Positions 46,654-55,312 of a stretch of 64,000 nt of DNA are shown here, in pieces. Below the pieces are notes generated by a model. It had not been told where the DNA came from, did not search any database, and saw nothing but the letters and a program-made list of their open reading frames with translations. Both the position numbers and the translations under genes were made by a program. Source of the stretch: Alphaproteobacteria bacterium (lineage in GTDB: Bacteria > Pseudomonadota > Alphaproteobacteria > UBA8366); contig CBDDIB010000002.1 of the NCBI GenBank assembly GCA_965228695.1, forward strand, positions 1,369,089 to 1,433,088. Reading direction: 5' to 3'. Each line of letters starts with the position of its first letter. Position 1 is the stretch's first letter.

Positions 46654-48335
46654 GTACCGTGAAAACCGACGGCGCCGCGATGTATTTCGTGGCGCGCGAT
46701 CTCGACTCCGAGCGCGTGATCGGCCTCGATATGGCGGTCGAGCGCCTGATCGATGCCTATCTCCGCTATGCCCGGCAGGAGCGCCTGTTCTGTTACGCCA
46801 AGGACAAGGACGCCTTCGACCAATTCAAGCGGCGTGCGGTCGCGCAGGGGCGGGCGTCGGACGACTGCGCCTTTATCGCGCTCACCGAACCCGAACGCCT
46901 GATCGAGGCGGGCTGCCTGATGCAGCCGGATCCGAACATCGCACCCTACGCCTGGACGCGCCGGGCGCAAGACCAGCGTGCCTACAGCCTGTGCGGGATC
47001 AGCCATACCATGTCCTCCGCCGCGGTGATGGACGCGGTCGCCAATTGCGTGCACTACCCGACACAGGAATGGGACGCGATCATTTGTCCGTCGCGGGCGA
47101 TCGCCGGGGCGATCCAAGCGCTTTGGGACGAATGGCGCGCCTATCTGGCCGACCGGGTCGGCGGGCGTATCGCCTGTCCGGTACAGTTGCCGATCGTCCC
47201 GTTGGGCATCGACACGGAGCAATTCGCCAAGAACCGCGATGTCGGCCGCGGGGTCGGCCTGCGCCGGGAACTAGTGTTGACCGACGATGCCTTCGTGATG
47301 CTGTTCCACGGCCGGATCAGTTTCTATTCCAAGGCGCATCCGCTGCCCTTTCTGCAGGCGGCCGAGCGGTTGGCCGAACGGGTGTCGGCCCCGGTCAGCA
47401 TGGTCTTCTATGGATATTTCGATACCGAACGGTTCGAGGCGGAATTCAACGCCCTGGCGGCCGAAATCTGTACGAAAGCCGAGGTTCGTGTCGTCGCCAA
47501 CAGTGATCCCCGCTTCCCCGATGGGGTGTGGCCTGCCGCCGACGTCTTCCTGTCCCTGGCCGACAACATCCAGGAAAGCTTCGGGTTGGCGCCGATCGAG
47601 GCGATGGCGAGCGGATTGCCGGTCGTCGCGACCGACTGGGACGGGTACCGCGACACGGTAACGAACGGCGTCGAAGGGTTTCTGGTGCCGACCCTGACAC
47701 CGCCGCCGGGGGCGGGCGGCGCCAACGCAACGCGCTATCTTGCCGGCGAGGACGGCTACGGCGGTTTTATCGCGGGCGGCAGCCAGACCACGGCGGTGGA
47801 TGTCGAAGCGGTCACGGACGCCTTGCACGAACTGGCGGTCAATACGGACCTGCGTCACCGCATGGCGGAAGCGGGGGTACAGCGGGCCGAGACGATATAT
47901 GACTGGCGTCATGTCATCCCGGCCTATGAAACCGTGTGGGAAGAACTCGCCGGCCGGCGCGCCAAAGGCGCGGAGTCGGCGGCCCGGTCGCCGCATCGCG
48001 CCGCCCATCCGCTGCGGCCCGACCCGTATAGGATGTTCGCGGGTTTTCCGACGGAACATCTTTCCCTGCAGGATCGGATAGAGATCGCCGCGAAAACCGT
48101 CGAGACGATCAACCAGTTGATCCGGCATCGGATGAATATGTTCACGCCGGACATCCTGTTGAGTGCGGACGACATTGCGGTACTGGTCAATGCCGTGGGG
48201 CGCCGTCCCGGCACGGCGTTGGAGGCGTTGGTTCCCGATCTCGCGGACGACGATCCGGCGTGCCTGCTTCGGACCGTGGCCTGGATGGTGAAGCTGGGAT
48301 ACCTGCGGCGTCTTGCGCCGGCCCCGGAACGGTAG
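46650..48335 (+). CDS. GT4-type (GT-B fold) glycosyltransferase with extended N- and C-terminal regions
   Basis: ATG 46650 overlaps the SDR stop (ATGA). 561 aa. GT1/GT4 C-terminal core FLSLADNIQESFGLAPIEAMASGLPVVATDWDGYRDTVTNGVEGFLV (the E-x7-E region). Confidence 0.8.
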   Translation: MSTVKTDGAAMYFVARDLDSERVIGLDMAVERLIDAYLRYARQERLFCYAKDKDAFDQFKRRAVAQGRASDDCAFIALTEPERLIEAGCLMQPDPNIAPYAWTRRAQDQRAYSLCGISHTMSSAAVMDAVANCVHYPTQEWDAIICPSRAIAGAIQALWDEWRAYLADRVGGRIACPVQLPIVPLGIDTEQFAKNRDVGRGVGLRRELVLTDDAFVMLFHGRISFYSKAHPLPFLQAAERLAERVSAPVSMVFYGYFDTERFEAEFNALAAEICTKAEVRVVANSDPRFPDGVWPAADVFLSLADNIQESFGLAPIEAMASGLPVVATDWDGYRDTVTNGVEGFLVPTLTPPPGAGGANATRYLAGEDGYGGFIAGGSQTTAVDVEAVTDALHELAVNTDLRHRMAEAGVQRAETIYDWRHVIPAYETVWEELAGRRAKGAESAARSPHRAAHPLRPDPYRMFAGFPTEHLSLQDRIEIAAKTVETINQLIRHRMNMFTPDILLSADDIAVLVNAVGRRPGTALEALVPDLADDDPACLLRTVAWMVKLGYLRRLAPAPER

Positions 48336-48341
48336 GCGGCG

Positions 48342-48827
48342 CTACGCGCCCGCCACGGCGTCGAGCGGCAGCGCCGTGCCATATTTTACCTGTTTCAGCG
48401 AGAAGCTCGACTTGATGCTGGTGACGCCGGCTACCTTGGTCAGGTGATCCATGAGGAATCGCTCATACGCCGCGAGATCGGCGACGACGACCCGCAACAG
48501 ATAGTCCGCGTCGCCGGTCATCAGATGACATTCCAGAACTTCCGGCCAGCCGAGGACCGCCGTCTCGAATATCTCCAGTGCCGATTCCGCCTGCCGTTCC
48601 AATGAGACCTGGATGAACACGCTGACCGGCAGGCCGGCGGCGCTGGGATCGACCAGCGTCACATAACGCGCGATGACGCCGGTCTGTTCGAGATCGCGGA
48701 CCCGCCGCCAGCAGGGCGACGGCGACACGCCGACCTCGGCCGCGAGATCGACGTTGGAGATGCGGGCGTTCTCCTGCAGCCGCGTCAGGATGCGGCGGTC
48801 TATCTCATCTAAGGCAGTTCTGGGCAC
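48342..48827 (-). CDS. Lrp/AsnC family transcriptional regulator
   Basis: LDEIDRRILTRLQENARISNVDLAAEVGVSPSPCWRRVRDLE (HTH) plus a C-terminal RAM domain. The start is ambiguous; I chose GTG 48827, and TTG 48839 or the track start 48881 are possible. Confidence 0.85.
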   Translation of the reverse strand: MPRTALDEIDRRILTRLQENARISNVDLAAEVGVSPSPCWRRVRDLEQTGVIARYVTLVDPSAAGLPVSVFIQVSLERQAESALEIFETAVLGWPEVLECHLMTGDADYLLRVVVADLAAYERFLMDHLTKVAGVTSIKSSFSLKQVKYGTALPLDAVAGA

Positions 48828-48960
48828 ATTCTGTTCCAAATAAATCCTAAATTGGCACAATATTGCCAATACAAACGTCATTAACGCAATCTTTGCAAGG
48901 ATCGTCTTAGCTTCCGGCCATATAATGAGGGCAGGTTCTCATTCGATACAGGAGTCGGTA

Positions 48961-51342
48961 ATGGCCGCCCCGCTGCGTCTGGTCAAAGGCCAGGACGATG
49001 CCCGTCAGCCTCGGGAAAAGCTGCGTATCCTTTCGGAAATCGAGCGGAAGGTGTTGTGGCTGTCTTCCTGGACGATCCATAACGCGAACCATGTGCGGCC
49101 CGCCCGCGATGGCTTGAAGGTCGGCGGTCACCAATCCTCGTGTGCATCGGCGGCGACATTGCTGACGGCGCTCTACATGGATGTGCTGCGGCCGCACGAC
49201 CGGGTTGCCGTGAAGCCGCACGCCAGCCCGGTCTATCACGCATTGATGTATCTGCTCGGTAAGCAGACTCAGGAAAACCTCGACCTGTTCCGGGGGCTGG
49301 GCGGGGCGCAGTCCTATCCGTCGCGGACCAAGGATACCGACGACGTCGATTTCTCCACCGGCTCGGTCGGTCTCGGCGTGGGCGTCACGCTCTTTGCCTC
49401 GCTGGTGCAGGACTATGCCCGGATGCATGCGCTGAACGCCGCCAATTCCGAAGCCGGACGCATGGTCGCGCTGATGGGCGATGCCGAACTGGACGAGGGT
49501 AATATCTTCGAGGCACTGCTCGAAGGCTGGAAACACGACGTTCGAAACCTTTGGTGGGTCATCGATTACAACCGTCAGAGCCTGGACGGCGTGGTCAACG
49601 ATCAGTTGTTCCAGAAGATCCAATCTTTCTTCGACACGGTCGGCTGGAATGTGGTGACGCTGAAATACGGCAAGCGGCTCGAAGCGGCGCGGGACGGGCC
49701 GGCGGGCGAGGCGCTGCTGCAGTGGATCGACGAATGCCCGAACGATCTGTATTCCGCGCTCACCTTCAAGGGCGGCGAGGCCTTTCGCGAGCATCTGAAG
49801 ACCGAATTGCAGGGCACCTCCGGACTGGGCGAGTTGCTCGACAGCCACGACGACCTGTCGCTGCACCGTCTGGTGACCAATCTGGCCGGGCACGACATGG
49901 AATCGGTGCTGGAGGCCTTCCACGGGGCGGCCGACGACGACCGGCCGCAATGTTTCGTGGCCTACACGATCAAGGGGTTCGGTCTGCCGCTTGCCGGGCA
50001 CAAGGACAACCATGCCGGTTTGATGAACCCGGATCAGATGGCGGCCTTCAAGGCGTCGATGCGAATCCCCGACGGCAAGGAATGGGACCCGTTCGCGGGG
50101 CTGGAGGCGGCCGAGGAGGAGTTGACCGAATACCTGCAAGAGGTGCCGTTCGCCGCGGAGGCGACCCGCCGGCACAGCGCGCCGCAGATCGCCGTGCCGG
50201 AGAGCTTTCCGGTGCCGTCCGGGACCAGTTTGGCGACGCAGCAGGCGTTCGGTCAGATCATGAACGAACTCGCGCAAGGCGACAGCACGCTGGCGCGCCA
50301 TATCGTCACCACGTCGCCCGATGTGACCGTGTCGACCAATCTCGGCGGTTGGGTGAACCAGCGCGGCCTGTTCAGCCGCCAGGAGCGGCCCGATGTCTTC
50401 CGCGAGGAGAAGGTCGCGTCGGTGCAGAAATGGGTCCGGTCGCGCGACGGCCAGCATATCGAACTCGGCATCGCCGAGAACAACCTGTTCCTGGCGCTGG
50501 CCGCGTTGGGCTTGTCGCATTCCCTGTTCGGCGCCCGGCTGCTGCCGGTGGGCACGCTCTATGACCCTTTCATCAACCGGGGTCTCGATTCGATGCTCTA
50601 CGCCTGTTATCAGGACGCCCGATTCATGGCCGTGGCGACACCGTCCGGCGTGACGTTGGCGCCGGAGGGCGGGGCGCATCAGTCGATCAACACGCCGCTG
50701 ATCGGGATGTCGATCGACCGGCTCGCCTATTTCGAACCGGCCTATGTCGACGAGTTGGCGGCGATCATGGCCTGGGGCATGCGCTATATGCAGGAAGATG
50801 ACGGCGGGTCGGTCTATCTACGCCTGTCCACCCGGGCGCTCGAACAGCCCGAGCGAACCCTGAGCGACGCGGACCGGCAGGCGATCTGCGCCGGCGCCTA
50901 TTGGGCGGTGCCGCCCGCGCCCGGCTGCGACCTTGCCATCGCCTATACCGGCGCGGTCGCCCCGGAGGCGCTTGCGGCACACGCGGCTTTGCGGGACGAC
51001 GTGCCGGGGGCGGGATTGCTCGCAGTCACGTCGCCGGACCTGCTGCATGCGGATTGGCTCGCCGCCGGAAGGAAGCGTGCTGCCGGCGATCGCACGGCGC
51101 AATCGCATGTGGAGACACTGCTCGGCCAATTGGGCGCCGGCGCGGCGTTGGTGACGGTGCTGGATGGTCATCCCGCGACCTTGTCCTGGTTGGGTTCGGT
51201 CGGTGATTACCGGGTATCGGCGCTTGGCGTCGAGAAGTTCGGCCAGTCGAGCGACATTCCCGACGCCTTCCGGTTTCACGGCATCGACACCGACGCGATT
51301 TTGGATGCGGCGGCAGCCGCCTGTTTGGCGCGGCTGCGATAG
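48961..51342 (+). CDS. Homodimeric-type 2-oxoacid (pyruvate) dehydrogenase E1 component-like, ThDP-dependent
   Basis: Start at ATG 48961 (AGGAG upstream). About 793 aa. AceE-like N-terminus (WTIHNANHVRP...KVGGHQSSCASAATL), ThDP motif GDAELDEGN, and transketolase-like C-terminal domains. Confidence 0.8.
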   Translation: MAAPLRLVKGQDDARQPREKLRILSEIERKVLWLSSWTIHNANHVRPARDGLKVGGHQSSCASAATLLTALYMDVLRPHDRVAVKPHASPVYHALMYLLGKQTQENLDLFRGLGGAQSYPSRTKDTDDVDFSTGSVGLGVGVTLFASLVQDYARMHALNAANSEAGRMVALMGDAELDEGNIFEALLEGWKHDVRNLWWVIDYNRQSLDGVVNDQLFQKIQSFFDTVGWNVVTLKYGKRLEAARDGPAGEALLQWIDECPNDLYSALTFKGGEAFREHLKTELQGTSGLGELLDSHDDLSLHRLVTNLAGHDMESVLEAFHGAADDDRPQCFVAYTIKGFGLPLAGHKDNHAGLMNPDQMAAFKASMRIPDGKEWDPFAGLEAAEEELTEYLQEVPFAAEATRRHSAPQIAVPESFPVPSGTSLATQQAFGQIMNELAQGDSTLARHIVTTSPDVTVSTNLGGWVNQRGLFSRQERPDVFREEKVASVQKWVRSRDGQHIELGIAENNLFLALAALGLSHSLFGARLLPVGTLYDPFINRGLDSMLYACYQDARFMAVATPSGVTLAPEGGAHQSINTPLIGMSIDRLAYFEPAYVDELAAIMAWGMRYMQEDDGGSVYLRLSTRALEQPERTLSDADRQAICAGAYWAVPPAPGCDLAIAYTGAVAPEALAAHAALRDDVPGAGLLAVTSPDLLHADWLAAGRKRAAGDRTAQSHVETLLGQLGAGAALVTVLDGHPATLSWLGSVGDYRVSALGVEKFGQSSDIPDAFRFHGIDTDAILDAAAAACLARLR

Positions 51343-51440
51343 ATGGGGCGAGCCGGACTCGGCGAAGCTTGCACTTCCTGGCCATCACCGTAGGATGACC
51401 ACGGGTCGCGGCGGACGCGATCGCAGGGTCGAGGCATCCG

Positions 51441-51983
51441 GTGCGTTCCAGTTTTTACGGCATTCTTATTTTTGCGGCGCTGACCGTCGGGATCGGCGCT
51501 TGCGCGCCGGTCGCCGATAAGGGTGCTGCCGGCAATGCAGCGGATGGCACGGACGGAACGGCGGCAACGGCCGCCACCGTTCCGTCGGAACCCTTGCCGG
51601 TTTTGGACGGCGGCCTCGGGCAGTATTCGATGGGCGGCCTGTTGGGCGGTCCGAACGGCGATGCAGGGACGGTTACCGGCATCTCGATCAAGGGCGCGTT
51701 GTTGCAGGGGCCGTTCGTCACATTCCTGGAACGGGGCGACATCGACCGCGCCTACAAGTCCGCCAGCTATACATTGGAGACTCAGCCGTCCGGTCAGACC
51801 CGGATTTGGCGCAATCCGCAAAACGGCCATTGGGGCACGATGACGCCGGCCCGCACCTATCTGAACGCGGAGGGACGGTATTGCCGTGAGTACCGGCAAA
51901 CGGTCACGATCGGCGGGCAGGAGCACCAGGCCGGCGGCAAGGCCTGCCGGAGCGATGACGGCGTTTGGCAGGTCGTCAGCTAA
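51441..51983 (+). CDS. Surface-antigen-like lipoprotein (17-kDa antigen / RT0821-like C-terminal domain)
   Basis: 180 aa. Lipobox LTVGIGAC. C-terminal motif WRNPQNGHWGTMTP...GRYCREYRQTVTIGGQ...GKACRSDDGVWQVV. Confidence 0.7.
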   Translation: MRSSFYGILIFAALTVGIGACAPVADKGAAGNAADGTDGTAATAATVPSEPLPVLDGGLGQYSMGGLLGGPNGDAGTVTGISIKGALLQGPFVTFLERGDIDRAYKSASYTLETQPSGQTRIWRNPQNGHWGTMTPARTYLNAEGRYCREYRQTVTIGGQEHQAGGKACRSDDGVWQVVS

Positions 51984-51995
51984 CGGCGGCTGTTC

Positions 51996-52508
51996 CTAGG
52001 AATCCGGATCCGGTTTCAAAACACGATGCAGGTCGAGCACCGGCGTGGCCACGTCGGTCTGGCACAACATGTCATGCACTTGGCCGCGATGGTGAGTCTG
52101 GTGGTTGAAAAAGTGGCTCACCAGCATGTCGACCGGATCGTCGAAGAGTCGCCCTTCGTTATTCTCGTATTGGATGGTCCCGGCAAGAAAGGTATCGGTA
52201 ATATTCGCCGCGAAATCTTCGATCCGAGAGTCCTCGTCGGACCGTGCGGTGCGCAGGGCCTCGAAGTCCTCGTAAAGAATCGCGTCGAGACCGGTCGACG
52301 GAGCCTCGCGTCCGTCGAACCGGGCGAGCCAGATGCGGTCGCCAACCATGATGTGGTTGAGCGTGCCGTGAATGCTCTTGAAGAAGGCGGACCGGGTCTG
52401 TTTGCGGGCCATGTCGCTCAGTTCGGCGCAGGACGCGTAGAGCCGCTCATTGGCGAGCCGATTGTAGCGCGCCAACTGCCGGATCGTATCGACGAAGCGG
52501 GCGGCCAT
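51996..52508 (-). CDS. DinB family protein
   Basis: 170 aa. YNRLANERLY, HGTLNHIMVGDRIWL, and HFFNHQTHHRGQVHDML (the DinB His triad). Confidence 0.8.
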   Translation of the reverse strand: MAARFVDTIRQLARYNRLANERLYASCAELSDMARKQTRSAFFKSIHGTLNHIMVGDRIWLARFDGREAPSTGLDAILYEDFEALRTARSDEDSRIEDFAANITDTFLAGTIQYENNEGRLFDDPVDMLVSHFFNHQTHHRGQVHDMLCQTDVATPVLDLHRVLKPDPDS

Positions 52509-52524
52509 GGCGGGGATGCTGCGA

Positions 52525-53895
52525 TCAGTTGCCGGCGACGGTCATGCCGTCGATGCGGACCGTCGGCGCGTTCACGCCATAGCGGAATTCCAGGTCGTCC
52601 GCCGCCTGCATGTTGAGGAACATGTTTTTGAGGTTGCTCGCCACGGTCATCTCGCTCACCGGATAGGCGATTGCGCCGTCCTCGATCCAGAACCCGGCCG
52701 CGCCCCGGCTGTAGTCGCCGGTCACATTATTGATCCCGAAGCCCATCAGCTCGTTGACGTAGAATCCTTCCTTGATGTCGCCGATCAAGGCGTCGCGGCT
52801 TTGTTCGCCGGGCGTCAAATAAAGATTGGTGGTCGACGGGGAGGGCGGGCCGCTGGTGCCGCGCGATGCCCGGCCGGTGGTTTCCAATTCGAGCTGCCGC
52901 GCCGCGCTGAGATCGAGCACCCAGCTCTTGAGCACGCCGTCATCGACGAAGGCGATGGAGTCGTTGGCGATGCCTTCCGCGTCGAAAGGCTTCGAGGCGA
53001 GGCCGCGCTTGCGGTGCGGGTCGTCGATGATCGATAGCCCCTTCGGCAGGATCTGTTCGCCCATGCTGTCTTTCAGGAAGCTGGTGCCCCGGCCGATCGC
53101 GGCGCCGTTGATCGCGCCCGCGAGATGCCGCAACAAGCCGTTCGACACGCGCGGGTCGTAGACCACGGGCACTTTCTTGGTCCCGACCTTGCGGGGATTG
53201 AGCCGCCGTACCGCGCGCTCGCCGGCCAGCCGGCCCACCTCGGCCGGGTCGTCCAGGTCGGCGGTGTAGACCGCGCTGGTGAATTCGTAGTCGCGCTCCA
53301 TCCCGGTGCCTTCGCCCGCCAGCATGGCGGCGCCAATACTCTGCCGCGAAACGGCATAACTGCCGGAGAAACCGTTGGACGCGACGAGTGCCACGCCCGA
53401 CCGGCCCCAGCTCGCTTCCGCGCCCTCGGAATTGGTGACGCCGTCCACGGCGCGGGCCGCATCCTCGCACTGACGCGCCCGTTCGATCAGCGTTTCGGGT
53501 GTCGGCTCTTCCGCGTCGCAGATTTCGAGATCGGCGACCGGGCCCGTGAAAATCTGACCCGGATCGGCGAGGCCGCAATACGCGTCTTCCGGGACCGTGC
53601 GCGCCATCGCGACGGCGCGGTCGACCAACTCCTTCAACGCCGCCGGTGATGCATCGGAGGAGGAGACGATGGCCTGTTGCTTGCCGATCAGCACGCGCAG
53701 CCCGAGGTCGGTGCTTTCCGACCGTTCCAGTTTCTCGATCTCGCCAAGGCGCTGGGAATGCGACAGTGAAATGCCCGACACGGCGATGGCGTCGGCGCTA
53801 TCGGCACCGGCGGCTTGGGCCTTGCCGATAAGGTCGGACAACAGGTCGAGCGCGTCGTGTTCGTTGGTGAGTGTCGACGATGAATCGCTGGGCAT
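52525..53895 (-). CDS. pmbA: TldD/PmbA family metalloprotease component (PmbA/TldE-like; no HExxxH seen)
   Basis: 456 aa. C-terminal family signature GFGINNVTGDYSRGAAGFWIEDGAIAYPVSEMTVASNLKNMF. Confidence 0.85.
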   Translation of the reverse strand: MPSDSSSTLTNEHDALDLLSDLIGKAQAAGADSADAIAVSGISLSHSQRLGEIEKLERSESTDLGLRVLIGKQQAIVSSSDASPAALKELVDRAVAMARTVPEDAYCGLADPGQIFTGPVADLEICDAEEPTPETLIERARQCEDAARAVDGVTNSEGAEASWGRSGVALVASNGFSGSYAVSRQSIGAAMLAGEGTGMERDYEFTSAVYTADLDDPAEVGRLAGERAVRRLNPRKVGTKKVPVVYDPRVSNGLLRHLAGAINGAAIGRGTSFLKDSMGEQILPKGLSIIDDPHRKRGLASKPFDAEGIANDSIAFVDDGVLKSWVLDLSAARQLELETTGRASRGTSGPPSPSTTNLYLTPGEQSRDALIGDIKEGFYVNELMGFGINNVTGDYSRGAAGFWIEDGAIAYPVSEMTVASNLKNMFLNMQAADDLEFRYGVNAPTVRIDGMTVAGN

Positions 53896-53946
53896 AGGGC
53901 AGATCTTTCCGTCTCTCAGAAGGGCAGGTGTCCGGCGAACGGACAG

Positions 53947-54204
53947 TCACTGAAAATGGGTCAGGATCGAGACGATTACAACCGCGATCAGCAGTGCCAG
54001 CGTCAACAGGAATAGTTTCCGGGCGCGGTAGAATTCCTCGGGCGTGACCATCGGCGTTTCGCCAGTCTGCTCGGCCAGGATGCGCGCGCGTTCCTCGCGC
54101 CGTTCGCGCAGACGGCGCATGATGTAGCGCGACAGCAGGAACAGGATGCCGACCGCTATGGCGATCACCCAAGCGTATTCGCGGATCAGGTCGTTCGACG
54201 TCAT
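53947..54204 (-). CDS. Small two-TM membrane protein
   Basis: 85 aa. Two hydrophobic helices flank a charged RRLRERREERARILAEQ segment. Confidence 0.5.
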   Translation of the reverse strand: MTSNDLIREYAWVIAIAVGILFLLSRYIMRRLRERREERARILAEQTGETPMVTPEEFYRARKLFLLTLALLIAVVIVSILTHFQ

Positions 54205-54244
54205 GCGCCGCAGTATAGGCGAGCCGCCGCGGGAGGTGAATCGC

Positions 54245-54664
54245 TTAAGGCCGCCCGCCGATCCAGAACAGGTAGAGCGCGTAGAGACCTGCCAGCGCCA
54301 GCATCAGCCATGTCACCGTCTGTCCGACGATCCGCCCGAAGGACGGCCCGGTCGTGCTGTACAAGCCCTGTGCATGCAAGACCCGGGCGACGAAGAGGCC
54401 CGCGCCCAGCACATGCACCGCGGCTACCGGCGCCCCCAGCATCTCGACGATGAGCAGGAGCACCAGACTCAATGCCACGTATTCGGCATTGTTCGCGTGC
54501 ACCCGAATCGTCTGCAGCAGCGCTGCATTATTACCGTCGCCGATGTCTATGCGTTCCTTCGCGCGATGCAGGCTGACGCGCATTGCGAGTAAAACGGCGA
54601 GCAGGCCGTTCAGGCCCGCATAAAGCGCGGTGATGACCGGCAATGTGATTTGCACGGATTGCAT
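54245..54664 (-). CDS. MAPEG family membrane protein
   Basis: 139 aa with four predicted helices. RVHANNAEYVALSLVLLLIVE is typical of MAPEG. Confidence 0.8.
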   Translation of the reverse strand: MQSVQITLPVITALYAGLNGLLAVLLAMRVSLHRAKERIDIGDGNNAALLQTIRVHANNAEYVALSLVLLLIVEMLGAPVAAVHVLGAGLFVARVLHAQGLYSTTGPSFGRIVGQTVTWLMLALAGLYALYLFWIGGRP

Positions 54665-54858
54665 TGAAATTCCCCCGATTGAACCGACAGTCCCGGAGCA
54701 AGTCTACGCCGCCGCCGTGCGGTCGGTCTTCACCCTTGCGTGAGGGACGCGGTGAACGGCGGAATCCAGAGCGCCGCACCGACATCAATCCGTCTTTGGC
54801 GTTTGAGGTGGATTTCATCGGCATGATACCGTTGAGGTCAACCGAAAGGAGGGGATCG

Positions 54859-55299
54859 ATGACGGAAGTGCCAAAATCAACCGGGCCCGCACCGGGGTTT
54901 GCCGCGTCGCCCGGCTATCGTGTCGACATGGAGCCGTGTCCGAAGCGCATTCGCGTGAAGGTCGGCGATGAGGTTATCGCGGATTCCACCGGCGCGTTGC
55001 TCATGCTCGAGACCAATCACAAGGATCTCTATTACTTTCCGCGCGCCGATATTCGCATGGACTTGATGGCGCGCAGCGACAGTACGTCCTTCTGACCCTA
55101 CAAGGGCCATGCGGCCTACTACTCCGTGCGGGTAGGTGATCGAATCGAAGAAGACATCGCGTGGTCGTACGAGACCCCGTATGACGAAGGCGAATCCTAC
55201 GCCGGCTATATCGCGTTCTACTGGGATAGGGTAGACAAATGGCTCGCGGACGAGGACGAAATCGCCGAGCAACCGTATAGCGCCGGCGAGAGGAAATGA
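54859..55299 (+). CDS. DUF427 protein with in-frame UGA (55093-55095) at the conserved Cys position: candidate selenoprotein, or a TGC>TGA pseudogene
   Basis: AGGAGGGG RBS precedes ATG 54859. The sequence reads ...YYFPRADIRMDLMARSDSTSF-[TGA]-PYKGHAAYYSVRVGDRIEEDIAWSYETPYDEGESYAGYIAFYWDRVDKWLADEDE... to TGA 55297-55299. That is 146 codons in one frame, and the downstream half has no start codon of its own. Confidence 0.55.
55119..55135 (+). promoter_or_regulatory. Candidate SECIS-like hairpin downstream of UGA 55093
   Basis: ctactc (55119-55124) pairs with gggtag (55130-55135), including one G-U pair, around loop cgugc. An alternative register pairs cctac (55115-55119) with gtagg (55132-55136). 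It starts about 20-24 nt after the UGA. Paired by eye only. Confidence 0.25.
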
Positions 55300-55312
55300 T
55301 GACTCGAGCCGT

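Noticed and set aside
54664-55095. Track start (54664) for the DUF427 gene, adding 65 N-terminal residues
   Set aside because: The extension (MKFPRLNRQSRSKSTPPPCGRSSPLREGRGERRNPE...) is low-complexity and overlaps the MAPEG gene start. ATG 54859 has an AGGAGGGG SD and yields a normal DUF427 N-terminus.
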